Source of the DNA: Lama guanicoe
Taxonomy: Eukaryota
Direction of reading: 5' to 3'
NCBI GenBank assembly: GCA_013239625.1
Contig: MU054338.1
Coordinates: 4,613,371-4,677,370 of the forward strand
Length of the DNA: 64,000 bases
Under the pieces are notes generated by a model. The model had not been told where the DNA came from, made no database searches, and saw nothing but the letters and a program-made list of their open reading frames with translations. The number at the start of each line of letters is the position of its first letter. Positions within the stretch are counted from its first letter, which is position 1. The position numbers and the translations under genes were made by a program. Shown here one piece after another: positions 12,301 through 27,300 of the stretch.

Positions 12301-15300
12301 TTTATGTAAATATATAAAAATAGATAACTAGGTATATATTAATATATATAATATATACATATTTGGCATAGGAATATGTAAATATATATTACATATATTT
12401 ATAAGTATATAAATGGATATATATTTAAACTCTTTAAAGCTCTAATAAAAAGTGACATCTACTTATTAGTTCCATATTATTTTTCTCCTGATTTTTGTAA
12501 CTTCTGTGTGAATAGCTTGTGTATGTTAAATAGTATATACACAAATATGTACATGCATTTTTACATATATAAACAGGTACAAATACAGACCGAGATTTGA
12601 TAGATGCAGGTTTGACCACGTACATATTATTTTACCGAATGCGGTCACAGTTTATAAAGTGTCTACAGTGGGCTTTTATTTCACCTGTTATGTGCTAAAA
12701 ATCCTCTCTTGACAATAATCAGTGAGCCGTCTTGTCGTTAGAGGCTGAGTAGCATGATATTGCATCCCTCTATTTATTTATGGATATATTTATCTTGTAA
12801 TATAGATAAACATAAGATTCCATACTGCGTGAAAAGAATCTAGTCATAACACACGCAGAGAGAAGTATAAAGGAATACGGCAGACTGGGCCGACATGGAC
12901 GACCCCCCTTCCTCACTCCCATCCCAAGATCCCACTGAAATGCTGGGCAAAATTTAACATTAATGTTACCATCTGTAGACATTCAACCAGACATGTACTG
13001 CTTTCTGCTTTTCAGTTTTCTGTTTTCACTGTGGAGCCAAAGATGGAAAGCAAGAAAGAGGAAGGGATGGAGAAGGAGGCGGAGGGAAGGCTCACGAGGC
13101 ATCTGGCATGTTTTCCCTGTGACAGGCGCCGCGCTAGCTGTGCACGTGTTTAATTACTGATACTCTTGTCACACAGGCACACACTGTGATTAAGCTATTT
13201 GGCAAATTTAACACAGTTATTAAGTAGAGAAGGCAGACTTTGAACCAAGGTGGATTGGCTCTGGGGTTATTTCTCTTCAGATTTCCATCCTCAATTCTCA
13301 TTCCAAGACAAGTAACATAGCCTTGTGCTGACTTGAGGTGCGGAGCTGGATCTGGGTGTTCTATATAAATCCCAAAGCTTCCAAGGGCTATCCTGTTCAC
13401 TCAGAGTGAACTAGAAAAACCCCATCCGCTAACCCAGAAGGGCAAAAAGAAAATTTTCTAGTGGCCCCTGCCCCTAGGTGGGGGGAAAAAAAAGAAAGAA
13501 AGAAAAGAAAAACCCACTGAAGCCTCATGCATTGGCCAGGATCGGGTCTAAACTTACATATTCAAATAGCAGGAATCTCAAACTATCACAATAGCAGGAG
13601 AAAGTCACACACCGTGGGTCCACAGGGAAACTTTCAGGACCCAGTACGTGCAGAATGCCAGCAGAAAGAAAACTAAAAGCAACAACAATTCTCACTGCAG
13701 AGTCGTCACTTATAACATGTTTATTCAACGAATCCCCTGGGCATCGGTGCTTGGGTTACGTCTTGTTCCCCTCTAGGGGGCAGTAAGCCTTCCTGAGTAC
13801 ACATGTTCACGCACTAGAAATTAAACTTCCTGAAGTTAACCTGCAGAAAGAGGAAGGACTTATATTTAAGACCTCTGATAACTATTATGAAATTTCCTCT
13901 GGAAGACTCCTTATCAACTTGGGCTTGCAGCTGTGCCTTTTGTAGCATAGAAGGGACACTTTTGCCTGGTGGCTAAACAACTTCTTTAGGGTTCGATGGA
14001 ACTGACTCTCCCATTTACCTGCTATTCCATCTCAGACAGGTCAGATTTTGGCTTCATTCCACCCTCCCCTAACATTTTATGAAAATCTTTACAGAAAACT
14101 TTTAAAGATCCTGCGAAAGCGAATGAATTAGATGCACTCTGAAACCCGGCATCAGGCACGTGATTAGTTACAGAGTTCTCTGTCTGTTTCTTTTTCTTCT
14201 CCTGAAGTCAACAGAACATACAATGAAATGCCAAAACCTTAAGTGGACTTATTTATGAGTTCTTCATGTAACTGTGCAGCTCAAGCCTCTGTCAATATAG
14301 AGAGCATCAGAATTACCCCCTAGAGCTCCCTCGCGTCCTTTCGCAGACAACCTCTGCCCGTTCCACCTAAAGGTAGTATACCTGGAGGCGACCACCGTAT
14401 GCTAGCTTTACCTGTTTTGTAGCGTCATATAAATGGATTCACGCAGTATCTAATGTGTGCCTGGCTTCTTTCATCCCGCATAATGTTTCTGAGATTTATC
14501 CACATGGTTCATTGCAGCAGTAATTTTGTTCCTTTTAATTTTGAGTAACATTCCGTTGTGTTAGTAAACCACCGTTTATTTATCCATTCTCCTATTGGTG
14601 GAGTCTTCTATTTGCTTTCTGATGGTTGACGATTATGAATGGGGCTGCTATGGACATTCTTGTACAAGTCTTCCTGTGGACATGTGTTTTCATTTCTCTG
14701 GGGTAAACTTCTCTAAGTGGAATCTCTGGGTCATGGGGTGAATTTATATATTTAGTTCTATTTTTGTTTAAGTCAGAACTTTATCCTCATCCACAGAAAC
14801 TTTTGGTATTGCCTGTCTTTTTAATTCTAGCCATTCTGGCAGGTGAGTAGTGGGATCTCATTGTGATTTTTAATTTGCATTTCTCCAGGCTGATTTTTTT
14901 TTTACTTTCATTTGATCATTTACAAGATGGAGTAAATTATTCTGCATAGTTGGGGGAGTTTTTGTGAGATTTCATGGAAACCACACAAGTTAAGTACTGA
15001 ACATAATGGCTGACACCTAGTACATTTCAAATATGTGCTGTTTCCCTGATGCTTATGGTACCCACTGGAAACTGTCAATAGTAGGGAAGAATTATTTTCA
15101 CGAATATTTAGTGGGAGATTGCCCTGGGACATTAACTTTTTAAAATTACATTTTGAACTCAGGGATGATTGTTCCTTCTCTCCCTGTTCACTCCTGTCCA
15201 GCTCTACACTCTGAGCTGGTCTCCATCACAGCTTCTGCCTCGGCTCAAAAAACCCTTCCATCAGATTTTCCCATTCTCTACACGAAATCATCTCCACCAC

Positions 15301-18300
15301 ACTTGCTGTGATCCTCCTATGGGATTTCCCCTCCTAGCTCCCTCTTAGCCTCTGGCTCCTTACACTACGTTTATTTGCAGTCCTTTCCACGCAAGATAAT
15401 TTGTTCACATGCCCCCCATAAAACTGTCAGCTCTGTGGAGCCAGGAACTGGAGCGCTTTCATCAACTGATGGGTCAGAGAGCAGTAAAACTCAGTGCCTG
15501 GCACGGAAGGACTGCTCCATCAATGTATTTTTTTTCCTGTAGGTACTCTTCTTTCCATTTAATTTTTTCATGATCTTTTTTTTTACTGATATATAGTCGA
15601 TTTACCATGTTGTGTTAATTCTCATGTACAGCACAGGCCACCAGTATTTGTTGACAGAACGCCTGCATGACAGGTTGGTGACATGGATTGAATCCACCAG
15701 TTTGACCTCTTATTGATCCCTAGTCACAGATGTGAATGAATGCCTGAATGCCGCGACTTGCCCTTCGAAATCCACCTGCAGTAACACCGTGGGAAGCTAC
15801 TTTTGCACCTGTAAACCCGGATTTGAGTCAAGCAGCGGGGAACAACATTTCACTGACTTCGGAGTGACTTGCAAAGGTGAATGTCCTTTATGAATGTTCT
15901 CGGAAAAGTACGTAAACTTATCCCACATACTTAAAGTTTGGACCCAGATTTTGATGATAACTGATCAAATCAAGACCTTTGAGAGTGGAGACCTACATAT
16001 TACGCCTGAATAATATTTTTTTGTTGATTATCATAAAGATTCCTTAAATCCTTTAGTCCAAGGATTTTTGATCAGATCACAGTCTTTTTTTCCTTTTTAA
16101 ATTTTTCATTATATCATTCTTTTTCTGTTTTTAATTCCTATTTTTTATTGAAGTTTACAGAGTTTGTTTCAGGAGTATAACAAAGCAATTCAATTATACG
16201 TACACATACTTTTTTTTTTTCAGATTCTTTTTCATTATGGCTTGTTACAAGGAGTTGAATACAGTTCCCTGTGCTATGCAGTAGATCCCTTTTGTTTATC
16301 TGTTTTCTACATAGTCGTGTGTATCTGTTAATCCCGAACTCCTAATCTATCCCTCCCCTCCATTTTCCCCTGGTAACCACAGTTTGTTTTCTGTGTCCAA
16401 AATCACATAGTCTTTTGATCTCATGGGCTATCTGCAAACAATAGATGGGGGCTGCCTGGATCTACTCTCTTTAGTACCAAGTGAGAAGGAATGTTAGCCA
16501 GGAATAAATAAAGGGGATTTGTCCTCAATTTGGAATACTTTAAAATTCCATATTAACAAGTTCATAGCAAGCCTGTTTATCATAATGATTTTTCTTCTCA
16601 TTTGGAAACACATCTTCAGGTATTCAACTAAAAATGTATTTTCTCACCAAAGTTTCCTAATACATTCAAAAAATATAGGTTATACAAAATTTTATTGTTA
16701 CCATTTTGCATCCGGGGGTTTTCAAAAAACCTCTGTCAGTGCATAATGTATATTTATAGGAAAAAAATATATTTTTAGGAAATATATGTATTTATAGGAA
16801 TATATTTATAGGAAAAAGTAAATGAAAAAGTTATAAAGATTTGTGCATGGAAGTTTGTTTTCATTATATTTTCTAACACACTATGGCTGGTGTTTAGAAA
16901 ATCATTTTTTTTAAAGTGTTTTCCTGGAACTCAACTCCTAAAACACAGTAGTGATTTTTCAAATGTTGCTCCCAAATTTTTCATATTGAAAAATCAAATC
17001 ATATAAAAAGAATTATTTATATCTTTTTTTTTATGTAAAGAGAGTTTTTGTCTTCTCAGCATATTGACTGGACCCTTCAGAGCTCATTTGGAAAAATGGC
17101 TGCAAGTAGCCAATTGTATTTATCTGACTTCAGTCGGAAAGTCACTAATATTTATTTTTAAATAAGACATTTTCCGGTTTTTTTTTTTTTTTGGTTTTGT
17201 GTTTTGCTAAATACTCTTTTTCATTTCAAGGTCTTTCCCCCTCTATTATTAGTTTAATAAGATTTTTTTGATTCTCAGAACCATGCATTGAATTTTGTGC
17301 CACTCTTGTTGACCTGAAGATGTTTTCATTGAATATATAGTCAAATAATCCTAAAGACTGCCTCTGTGAATAGCTAATTTTATCTTGTTCAATATCTACA
17401 AGGGATATGGCTGCAGCTTACTTTTTGTAGGTTCTCTTTCCCTGGAAATTCTCAGATTCCCAGAAGGCAGCCCTCCGTCCACGTACAGCCTCCATGCACA
17501 TTGACAACACCGTGCTAAACCGGGAAATGTCTGCAAATGCCCACACACTAATCTTTTGAATTGGTGAATATATTACTGTCTTAGTCTGTATGGGCTCCTC
17601 TAATAAACTATCCTAGATTGTGTGGCTTATGAACAACCAGCATTTATTCCTCACCATCCTTGAGGCTGGAAGGTCCAAGGTCAAGGCACCGGCAGATGTA
17701 ACGTCTGGTTCCATAGGTGGCACCTTCTGGCTCAGGGAGCTCTCTGGGGTCTCTTTTCTAAGGGCATTAATCCCATTCATGAGGGCTGGACCCTCTTGAC
17801 CTAATCACCTCCCAAAGACTCCATCTCCTAATAACATCACACTGGGCATTCAGTTTCCAGCAAATGAGTTTGGGGGCAGGGACACAAACAGTCAATCTAT
17901 AGCAATTACCTTACACGTCAAAAGGGGTTTTCACAGATGTAATCAAGTTAAGGATCTCAGATGGGAAGATGATCTGAACTATCCAGGTGGACCCAGATAA
18001 TCAACTGTCCTCAAGTCATGGAGGAAGGAGGCAGAAGTTCAGAGTCTGAAATGAACTGAGTGATGCTCAGCTGCTGGCTTTGAGGAGGGAGGAAGAGGCC
18101 AGGAACTAAGGAATGTGGTGGCTTCTAGAAACTGGAAAAGGCAAGGAAATAGATTCTCCCTTGGAGCCTGTCAAAGGAATGCAGCCCAATTGACACCTTG
18201 ATGATCGCCTGGGGAGATCTATGTTGGAATTCTGACCTCTCAGACAACAAGATAATACATTTGAACTGCTACAGAAATCATGGGAGGCTCACACAACCAG

Positions 18301-21300
18301 TGACCTCTGTAGATCCCTTGTATTTGATTCAAGCTGGTGAGTCTCAGAACTGATGACCATGTTTTTCCTCCTTCCCAGACATAGATGAATGTCAAGGTGT
18401 GTGACTTATATTTTCCTACCTGTGCCTTGAAGAACTCTTGTAATTCTTAAACATTGTAGCCAGCTCCTGCAACCATCTTACACTTAAACACAAGCCTACC
18501 ACCTGTGATCAGGACACAGAAAGCAGGGACTCATCCCTAAAGTCTTAATTCTTCTGCACAGGCGTGCTCCGTTCTGCAGCCTGACTCTTGCATCACTGTT
18601 CCTTTTGTCTGGGAATTTCTTGTACAGTGTTTTCTTATCCCCTTACATTTTGTCTTAAGTGTCACCTCTCCAGATAGACCTTTTCTAAACTTGCTCTCTA
18701 AAAATCTCTACTCATTTACTCTCTTCTGCCTTCTGCTTTTTGATCTTCCTTCCTGGTAGTTGCCCTTCATTAACAGGGACTCCTTGTCCCTGGCCTCACG
18801 GTGAGCCTCCAACATTAGAAAATAAATGCTGATTATCCTGTTCACTGTGCTGTTAGTGGCTGACAGTCTTGGTTTGGCTGGTACTTCGGGGATTTCTGGA
18901 TGCAGAACTTTCCACTTTATACCAAGACAGCCTTGAGCAAATTAAAGTGAATTGATCACCCCAGAAATACATAGGACTGTGACTGGTGTGAGGTGGACAT
19001 GCCACAAGCATGTGAATGCAGATTAGAGAGATGCCTCAGAGCGCTGTCATTGATTCCTTTTTCATCTCTTTCCTGCCACAGATAAGGATGAATGTAAGAA
19101 CTCCACCTTGTGCCCACCTACAGCCACTTGCAAGAATGCCCCAGGAAGATACTTTTGTGTCTGCAAACCTGGATTTGTGTCAATGGATGGGAAGAATCAG
19201 TTTACTGGCCCTGGAACTTGCAGAGCAAATTCGACTCCGTCAGGTGAAAATTTTCCTAAAAAAAGAGTTGAGCAAAACAAAGAAATGAAAACAAACCAAC
19301 AAACAAAAAAACTCACCACTATGAATTTGACTTCAGTTACTCTAATAACCTTTAAGTTCTTCAGTTCTGAAACATTGTTATTTGATGCATGTATGTATGT
19401 GTGTGTGTATAGATATAGATATATAGATGGAGTTTTAAAAAAACACCCTTATGACACATGACCTCCATCACTGGAGCACATAGCCAATCACTAGGTGTAT
19501 GAGTGAGGCCATCTGAAATCAGGCAACACTCAGGCAACCTGCCAATTTCTTAGATATTCATAAGTGAGTCCAGGTCAGTTGATAGCAGACAAGCCCAACT
19601 CAGACCAGAATAACTGCCCAGCTGAGCCCTGCCCTGATCACTGTGTGCCTGTCTAACTAGAGCCATCAAAATATTCTTTCTCCATAATATATAAGAAGAT
19701 CAATGCAACCATGACCTCTATGAATTATAGTGAAATAAAACAAGAGTATTTTCATAGGAAAGACCAAATAAACAGAGGCATTGAGATAGTTTGAAAACAG
19801 CAACTGAAAAAGCAGACTTTCTGTTTTTATCTAAATCACGCCTAAATTTTTAGGCTATACGTTGCTTACAATGTCTTTTTCTTCTCCTCCTAAATTTCCT
19901 GTGCTAGGAAAAAGTAAGTGTCCTTCTGTTGTTTTCCTGTCACTCAATTTTCCTTTTCATAGCATTTTCGCTATTATTACTTCTCATGTTGCAATATACA
20001 AACACCCCTACATGGGTCTGAGTTAAAATAAATCTTATCCTGAGAAATCTCTTTCCCAACTATGAACGATTGAAAGAGGTATGAACGTTAAAACCCAAGG
20101 TAAAAACCCAACTTTAGTAACTACAGAGGCCAAGGTTATTAAATATTTATTTTAACAATTTGGTTAGTATTGTCGACTGGAGCGGGGTGGAGAAAAGTTA
20201 GCTTTCTGCGAGGGGAATTTCTGAGAACTTAAGCCTGGGATGCTGCCCCTCAGATCACACTCTAAAAAACTCCTCTAAAGAAGCAGGGGAGGAGCAAAGA
20301 ACAGGTAGTTGAAACTTCAAAAGATTACTGTTAATTAAAGAAAACCAGACATGTCAAGTTGAAGAATTTAGCCCTTTTCTATGTATGGAAAGATGCAAGA
20401 GTCTGGGCTCATTGAAATGATTCCTTTGACGTGCACCTCCACTATCTAAGGCCAGTATCCTGTTCTTTCCCACCCTGAGTTCCGTCTGGGTGCGCTGTCG
20501 GGGATGGTGGCAGAGGCCGGGCTGCCTGCTTGTCACCATCCTGAGTTCCCTCCGGCTCACGGTCGGGGGTGGCAGTAGTGGCTGACAATTGATGTCTGCA
20601 GCGTCCTTTGTTTACTGACATGGCAGGCGATGTTTTTCATCCCCAGTACATAGGCATGATCTTCCTGTTGCTTGCATAGCAAATTACCAGACCTCTCATT
20701 GCTTGAAACAACACAAACGTCTTATTTTACCAAGGACTGTAAGAAATCACGCGGAAGTCTGAAATGAGTCTCACTGAGCTAAAATCAAGATATCTACAGG
20801 GCTGAGTTCCTTCCCTGATTCTCTAGGGAAGAATCCATTTCCTTGTTTATTCCCCACATTCCTTGGCTCACAGCCTCTTCCTTCATCTTCAGAATCAGCA
20901 GTGCTGCATCCGTCTGGCCATTCCTCCCTAGTCACCTCTCCCTCGGATTCCTACCAGGAAGTGTTACCACTTTTAACATCCTTGTGTCAGGGTATTAATA
21001 TTGGATCCGTCTGGATGATCTGGATAATCTTCCCACATCACAACACCAACCTAATCACCTCCGAAAAGTCCCTTTTGCCACTTAAGGTACTATAGTCCTG
21101 GGTTCTGGAAATTAGAACTCGGACATCTTGGAGGGAGGCAAATTTTGCTGACTGCAAATTTAGACAGGTTAGACAGGTAACAGAAGGGACATACGACAAA
21201 TTGCATTTTTTTAAACTTGTCATCTGATTCTAAAAATCATTGTGAAGATAAAATGAATGAACTCTTATAATATTATTGTTGATAAAATCACATTGTTAAC

Positions 21301-24300
21301 TATACACTGTTGGCTTCCTAACAGCACGACTCCCTTCCAGACACGCAGCTCCTGTTACAGTAACACCAATGACTCCCCCCCTAGTGGCTGCCAATGATGT
21401 ATTTTAACTTGTCATCCTGACTCCTACTGAAAAATCCAAAGATGGAGCAACCCAGTTAAAAAATGGGCCGAACACCTGAGTAGATGTTCTTCCAAAGAGG
21501 ACATACAGATGGCCAACAGGCATATGGAAAGATGCTCAACATCACTAATCATCAGGGAAATGCAAACCAAAACCACAATGAGGTATCACCTCACACCTTT
21601 CAAAATGGCTATCATCAAAAGAACACAAATAGCAAATGTTGGCAAGGATGTGGGGAAAAGGGAACCCTCCTACTCTTGGTGGGAATGTAAATTGGTGCAG
21701 CCCCATGGAAAACATTATGGAGGGTTCTCAAAGAACTAAAAGTAGAGTTACCATATGACCCAGCAATTACACTCCTGGGTATATATCTGGAAAAAAAAAA
21801 AACCAAAAACACTAATTCAAAAAGGCACATGCACCTCAGTGTTCATAGCAGCGTTATTTACAATAGCCAAGATATGGAAGCAACCTGAGTGTCCATCAAC
21901 AGATGAATGCATAAAGAAAATGTGATATATTTACACAATGGAGTACTAGTCAGCCATAAAAAATAACAAAGTTTTGCCTTTTGCAATAACATAGATGGAC
22001 CTGGAGGATGTTATGCTTAGAGAAATAAGTCAGAGGAAGACAGATGCTCTGTTAGCACTTATATGTGACATCTAAAAAATGAAACAAATGAATGTATATA
22101 ACAAAACAGAAACAGACTCACAGATATAGAGAACAAACTAGTGTTTACAAGTGGGGAGAGAGAAGAGGGGACCAAGATAGGGGTAGGAAATTAAGAGACA
22201 CAAACTACTATATATAAAATAAATAAGCTACAAGGATATATTGTATAGCACAACGAATATAGCCGATATTTTGTAATGACTTTAAATGGAGTATAATCTA
22301 TAAAAATATTGAATCACTACATTGTGCACTTGAAACTAATATAATATTGTAAATAAACTATACTTTAATTTTTAAAACTAAACAAACATAGGGCAACCAA
22401 CAGGCATGACTGAGAAGCAGGAATCCCATTTGGAAAGAAAGTTGGGAGGGAAGTTGGGGAGAATTTTCCATGTCTTAAGGTAAAGTCACAATTTCAGACC
22501 ACAAAGAAATCTCTCTCTCTCTCTCTCTTTTTTTTTTTTCTGTTCTCTCATTCTATTTATAGGAATCAACTCTACTTCCTCTACCCTGAGCCAAGATACA
22601 TTTTCAAGAGGCTATAGCCGACCAGTAAGCTCACATCTTTATAAATGTGTGTATGATGCACACCATCAGTATGTGGAAGGAAACAATAATTACAAATAAA
22701 ATACTCTCTAAGTATGAAATACAAAACAAGGGTTCAAAGCATCTTCCCCCACATATACACATGAAAAAATGATCTCTGGGGGAAAAAAAGTTTCCTGATA
22801 ATTAATATTTTTACATCCTCTCATATACCTTCCATATTTTGTGCTTTATCAATTGCTTCCATTTTGAGCAACAAAGTATTATTTGAGAATAGATCGGAGC
22901 CACAAAATGTCCTGAGTCAACACTAGTTTTGTACAGGATTAATTATTTAAAAAGAGGCAACTCCAGGCACCCCTACAATTCAAACATCCTTATGGTGGAT
23001 GTAATTTCACTGTTGCAAGTTGCTGTGTGTTATTATAAGCAAATCTTTAAAATGTGACTTACAGAATAAACATATGTTACACCAAGATATTAGGGAAATC
23101 AGGACATACACCCATAAGATGAATTTTTAAAAATCCAAGCCTTTGCTTCATTAAAAGTTATTTGTAGTTTGGCCTAAATTGTCCAAGGTCAACATCATAT
23201 GGGACTTAAAAATGCTGCCTTTTAGGCTGTTTAGGTGACCGCGTGCTTTTGGAAAATAGAGTGTCTCTAGTCACGGCCAAGGGTAAAGATCATTGTGCTT
23301 ATGAAGATTGTTTTTATTAAAACTGAGAGTGGAAAAACATTTCTAAATTATTATATTTTGCATACAAATATTGTAGAGAAATATGAACATATTAAAATTT
23401 TTTATAAAAATATAAATAAATTTTAACATATTGATTATTATGAAAGGCATTCGATCTTTTTGCCTCCATCCCCCAACATTGAGATATTTGAATTGCCCCT
23501 CCTCCAATTTTAATTTGTTTTAATTTTCTCAGTGAGAAAACAGAGACTAATCTGATAGTTGGGATTTTATTATATATATCTTATTATATACATTTATTAT
23601 AGAATATTTTTAAATAGAGGTACTAGGGATTGAACCCAGGACCTCGTGCATGCGAAGCGTGCACTGTACCCCTGAGTTATACCCTCCCCTCCGGGAATTA
23701 TATTATATTTAGACATTAGCTTTCCAGAAATTACTTTTGGGGATAATGAGGTAGTTACTGAACTAATTTACCTTTTGCAAATGAACATCCACTTGTCCTA
23801 AAACAATTTATTGAAATCTATTTACATTGTGTGCTTGTGTTTATACTCTCAAACCCTTTGCTTATCACGTTAAATTTCCTTAAGTTATTTTTAATTTTGC
23901 AGTCTTGCATTCACACGTACACCAGAGTATTTCTCCACCAGGACCAACTGTTTTCATAAAGCTTATATGAATTTAAGAACAACCTCTGGATGCTTTTAGC
24001 TTAATGAAAACTGATGAAATGTTTGTACTCTTTCCTTTTCGGACACCACTACGGACCAGCGTATCAGCCAGACGACTTCCTCCGGTTCAATGAAGATAAA
24101 AGATGTATTTGAACATAGAAATGCTACAATTTCTTTACAGGTTTGAAATCGTTCCCAGTTTTGGTTAATGTTGTCTCACGCTAGATAATTCTCCATCTTT
24201 TCCATCCTCCAGTACCCTGAGGGAACTGACGATCAGGTAGGTGGGACCAGTCCTTTTTCCCTTCTGTCTTCCCATCGTGGGAGAAGTGCAATCCCCACGT

Positions 24301-27300
24301 GTAGATTTCTACCTCAGTTCTATTGGCCATAGAGCGCTCCCTTCCTAGTTCTTCTCTGAAAATAAACGTCTTTCCATATTGGATGACGATTGAGCGTGTC
24401 CCCTGGGGTTTACCAGAAAGCCGAAAGAGAAAGCACAAACACAGGGAAATGAAGAAGAAACACAAAGGTGAAACAAGACAGAGGCAAAATCTAGGAGAGG
24501 TGGATTTAAAGTGCTCAGTTACTTCACACTGGAAGGGGATGACTGTATAAGGTCCGAGTCCCTTCCTGCCTTGTGTAAACGTTCACACCTTGCTCCTAAG
24601 CCGTCCCCTACACCTCATCCCCTTCTTCAGCTTTTAGGAAATGGAAGTCGTCCCAGAGGAAGGTTGCAGTTATTTAAGCTTTCAAAAACGGTCTATTCGC
24701 CCCCCCCAAATGTTTTAATTAAAAATTTTAAAAGTTAAAAAATTAAAAATTAAAATTAAAAATTTTAAATGTATATAAAAAGGTTTGGAAAGTTGGATCT
24801 GTAGTCTATTTCCTTCTATGATTTCTTCCAAAAGAATAGGCATTTTTCACTCTCACTATTTTTTTCAATGTGAGCTTCTGAAATAAAACTTGTCAGCTGA
24901 ACTGAGCCAAAACATACTATTTTTTTTTCACATTGTACACATGATTTTTTAAAATTGAAGTATTGTTGATTTGCAATGTAGTGCTAGTTTCTGGAGTACA
25001 GCAGAGAGATTCAGTTATACATTTATATACATAATTTTTTAATTGAAGTATAGTTGGTTTACAATGTGTTAATTTCTGGTGTACAGCACAGTGATTCAGT
25101 TATACACATATATATTCTTTTTAATCTTCTTTTTCATTGTAAGTTATAATGCTATTGAATATAGTTCCCTGTGCTGTACAGTAGAACCCTGTTGTTTATC
25201 TACTTTACCTCTAGCAGTTTGTACCTGCTAATCCGAAACTCCTAATTTATCCCTGCCTTCCCCTTTCCCCTTGGATAACCAGAAGTTTATTTTCCGTGTC
25301 TGCATATTTGATTTTTTTATGGCAGGAAATAGCTAATTCTATTGGCCACATCAACAACATCATGACCCAGTCATCTTTGAGAAACAGAAAAGAAACTGCC
25401 CTTTTAGCGACGCAGTATCTTCACAGAGTCCAGCTGGCGGCGTACGAATCTGCCCTCAACCAGTCCACAGAGGGGATACAGAGGGTAGCGTTGCCATTCG
25501 TGGGTAAGCTATGGTTATCCATCCTCGGGCTGGCATTTAAATTTAATTTGGGTTCAGGAAATGCTGGTGGAGATAAAATTCAAAAGCCACGACCGGCATG
25601 AAACAGCCTTCTCTGTTCGTGTGTGTACTTGGTGCAAAATATCCTGTTTCTCTCTGGAATCCTATGTTTGCGTTGGAGAAGGCTTAGAAGTTCATTCTGC
25701 TGAAACATCATTCAAGTCTAACTTATTTTCAAAGTGACTCTTTTGTGGCTGTATGTACTGTCCCTTTTAGTCTAAGAGTCACCGTACGGTTGTCATGGAC
25801 ACATCTTTATCAAGGATACATTGAGGGATAAAGCATTCTGGGCTTTTAGAGCTGACAGGTGTTTCCATGGGGGAGGGACTAAACAGTGCCTGATAAAGTG
25901 CCTGATGCCTGGAAGTGTTTAGTAATTTTCCAGTGAACGAATGAATGGCTAAATACATGGACACAAAAGAAAAATATGGTGCTGTCATCAATTAGAAGAC
26001 AACATCCTGCTTTTTTAGGTTAAAAATATCCCAGGGAATGTCAGAGAACAAAATAACAACAGATTTTATCTCCCCTAGAATGAGCGAATGTTGTGCCTTG
26101 TGCAGTATTTAACTACAGTATTTTCTATATACGAAGTAGAAGGTTATAGAATAATTCAGAATACTTTTCCCCTCGCTCCATCCTATGCTCTTTTCTTCCT
26201 TCTCGAAGGCATGTAGTAGCAATTTTGCATCCCTTGAGTCTGTGCGTTTGTATTTTTTGCTACACATTTGTGTTCCCAGAGTAAGTGGTGCTACTTATGG
26301 GTGCTTGTAAATTTCCATAAATAACCTCATAGCATATGTTTCTCCAAGCTGCTTCCATTAGTCTACATTCTTTTTTGCATTTTTATAGTGGTAGGAACAC
26401 CTAGCATGAGGTTTACCCTCTTAACAGAATTTTAAGTACAGTATTAATGATAGGTGCAACATCGTACAGCACAGCTCCAGAACTCACTCATCCTGCGTAA
26501 CTGAAACTCCATACACATTGAGCCCCATCTCCCCAGGCACCTGCCCACCCGGCCCCTGGAAACCACCGTTCTGCTCTCCCTTTCTTGGTGACTATTTTAG
26601 ATTCCTTGTATAAGTGGAATCATGCAATATTTGTTCTTTGGTGGCTGGTTTACTTCACTTAGTGTAATTCCATCCAGGTTCATCCATGTTGTCACATATG
26701 GCAAAATGTCCTTCCTTTCTAAGGGTAAATAATATTCCACTGCATGTATATGCCACATTATCCATTCATCTGTCAAGGGGTGTTTAGGCTGTGTCCATAT
26801 CGTGGCTGCTGTGAATAATGCTGCAGTGAACATGGGCGTGCACAGATCTCTTTAATATCTTGATTTCCATCCTTTTGGATTGAGCAGTGGGATTGCCGAA
26901 TCATATGGTAATTCTATTTTTCACTTTTTGAGGAACCGTCATACTCTTCCACAGGGGCTACACCATTTTGCATTCCAGCCTACAGTGCACAAGCATTCCA
27001 GCTTCTCCCCAAGAGTCTCATGTTTAGAAAAGATGACAGGTGGTCATGCCAGCCCCACCATATTGAATTTGTTCCTTCCAATGAGAGACTGTGTCCTCAA
27101 GTAAGCCAGCACTCTCAGGTGTCCACTCTAATTCCATCACCCAAGCTCCAGTTTTTAGCTGAACCTCCAACTCTCGTCACTTTTTAATGGGATCTACAAT
27201 GAGATTATATTTTTAAATAACTGATTACAAAGATATCCAATAGTCACATTGACTCTCTTTCTGTTTTGTTTTTTTTTAGTTATCAAAACACTGACCATCA

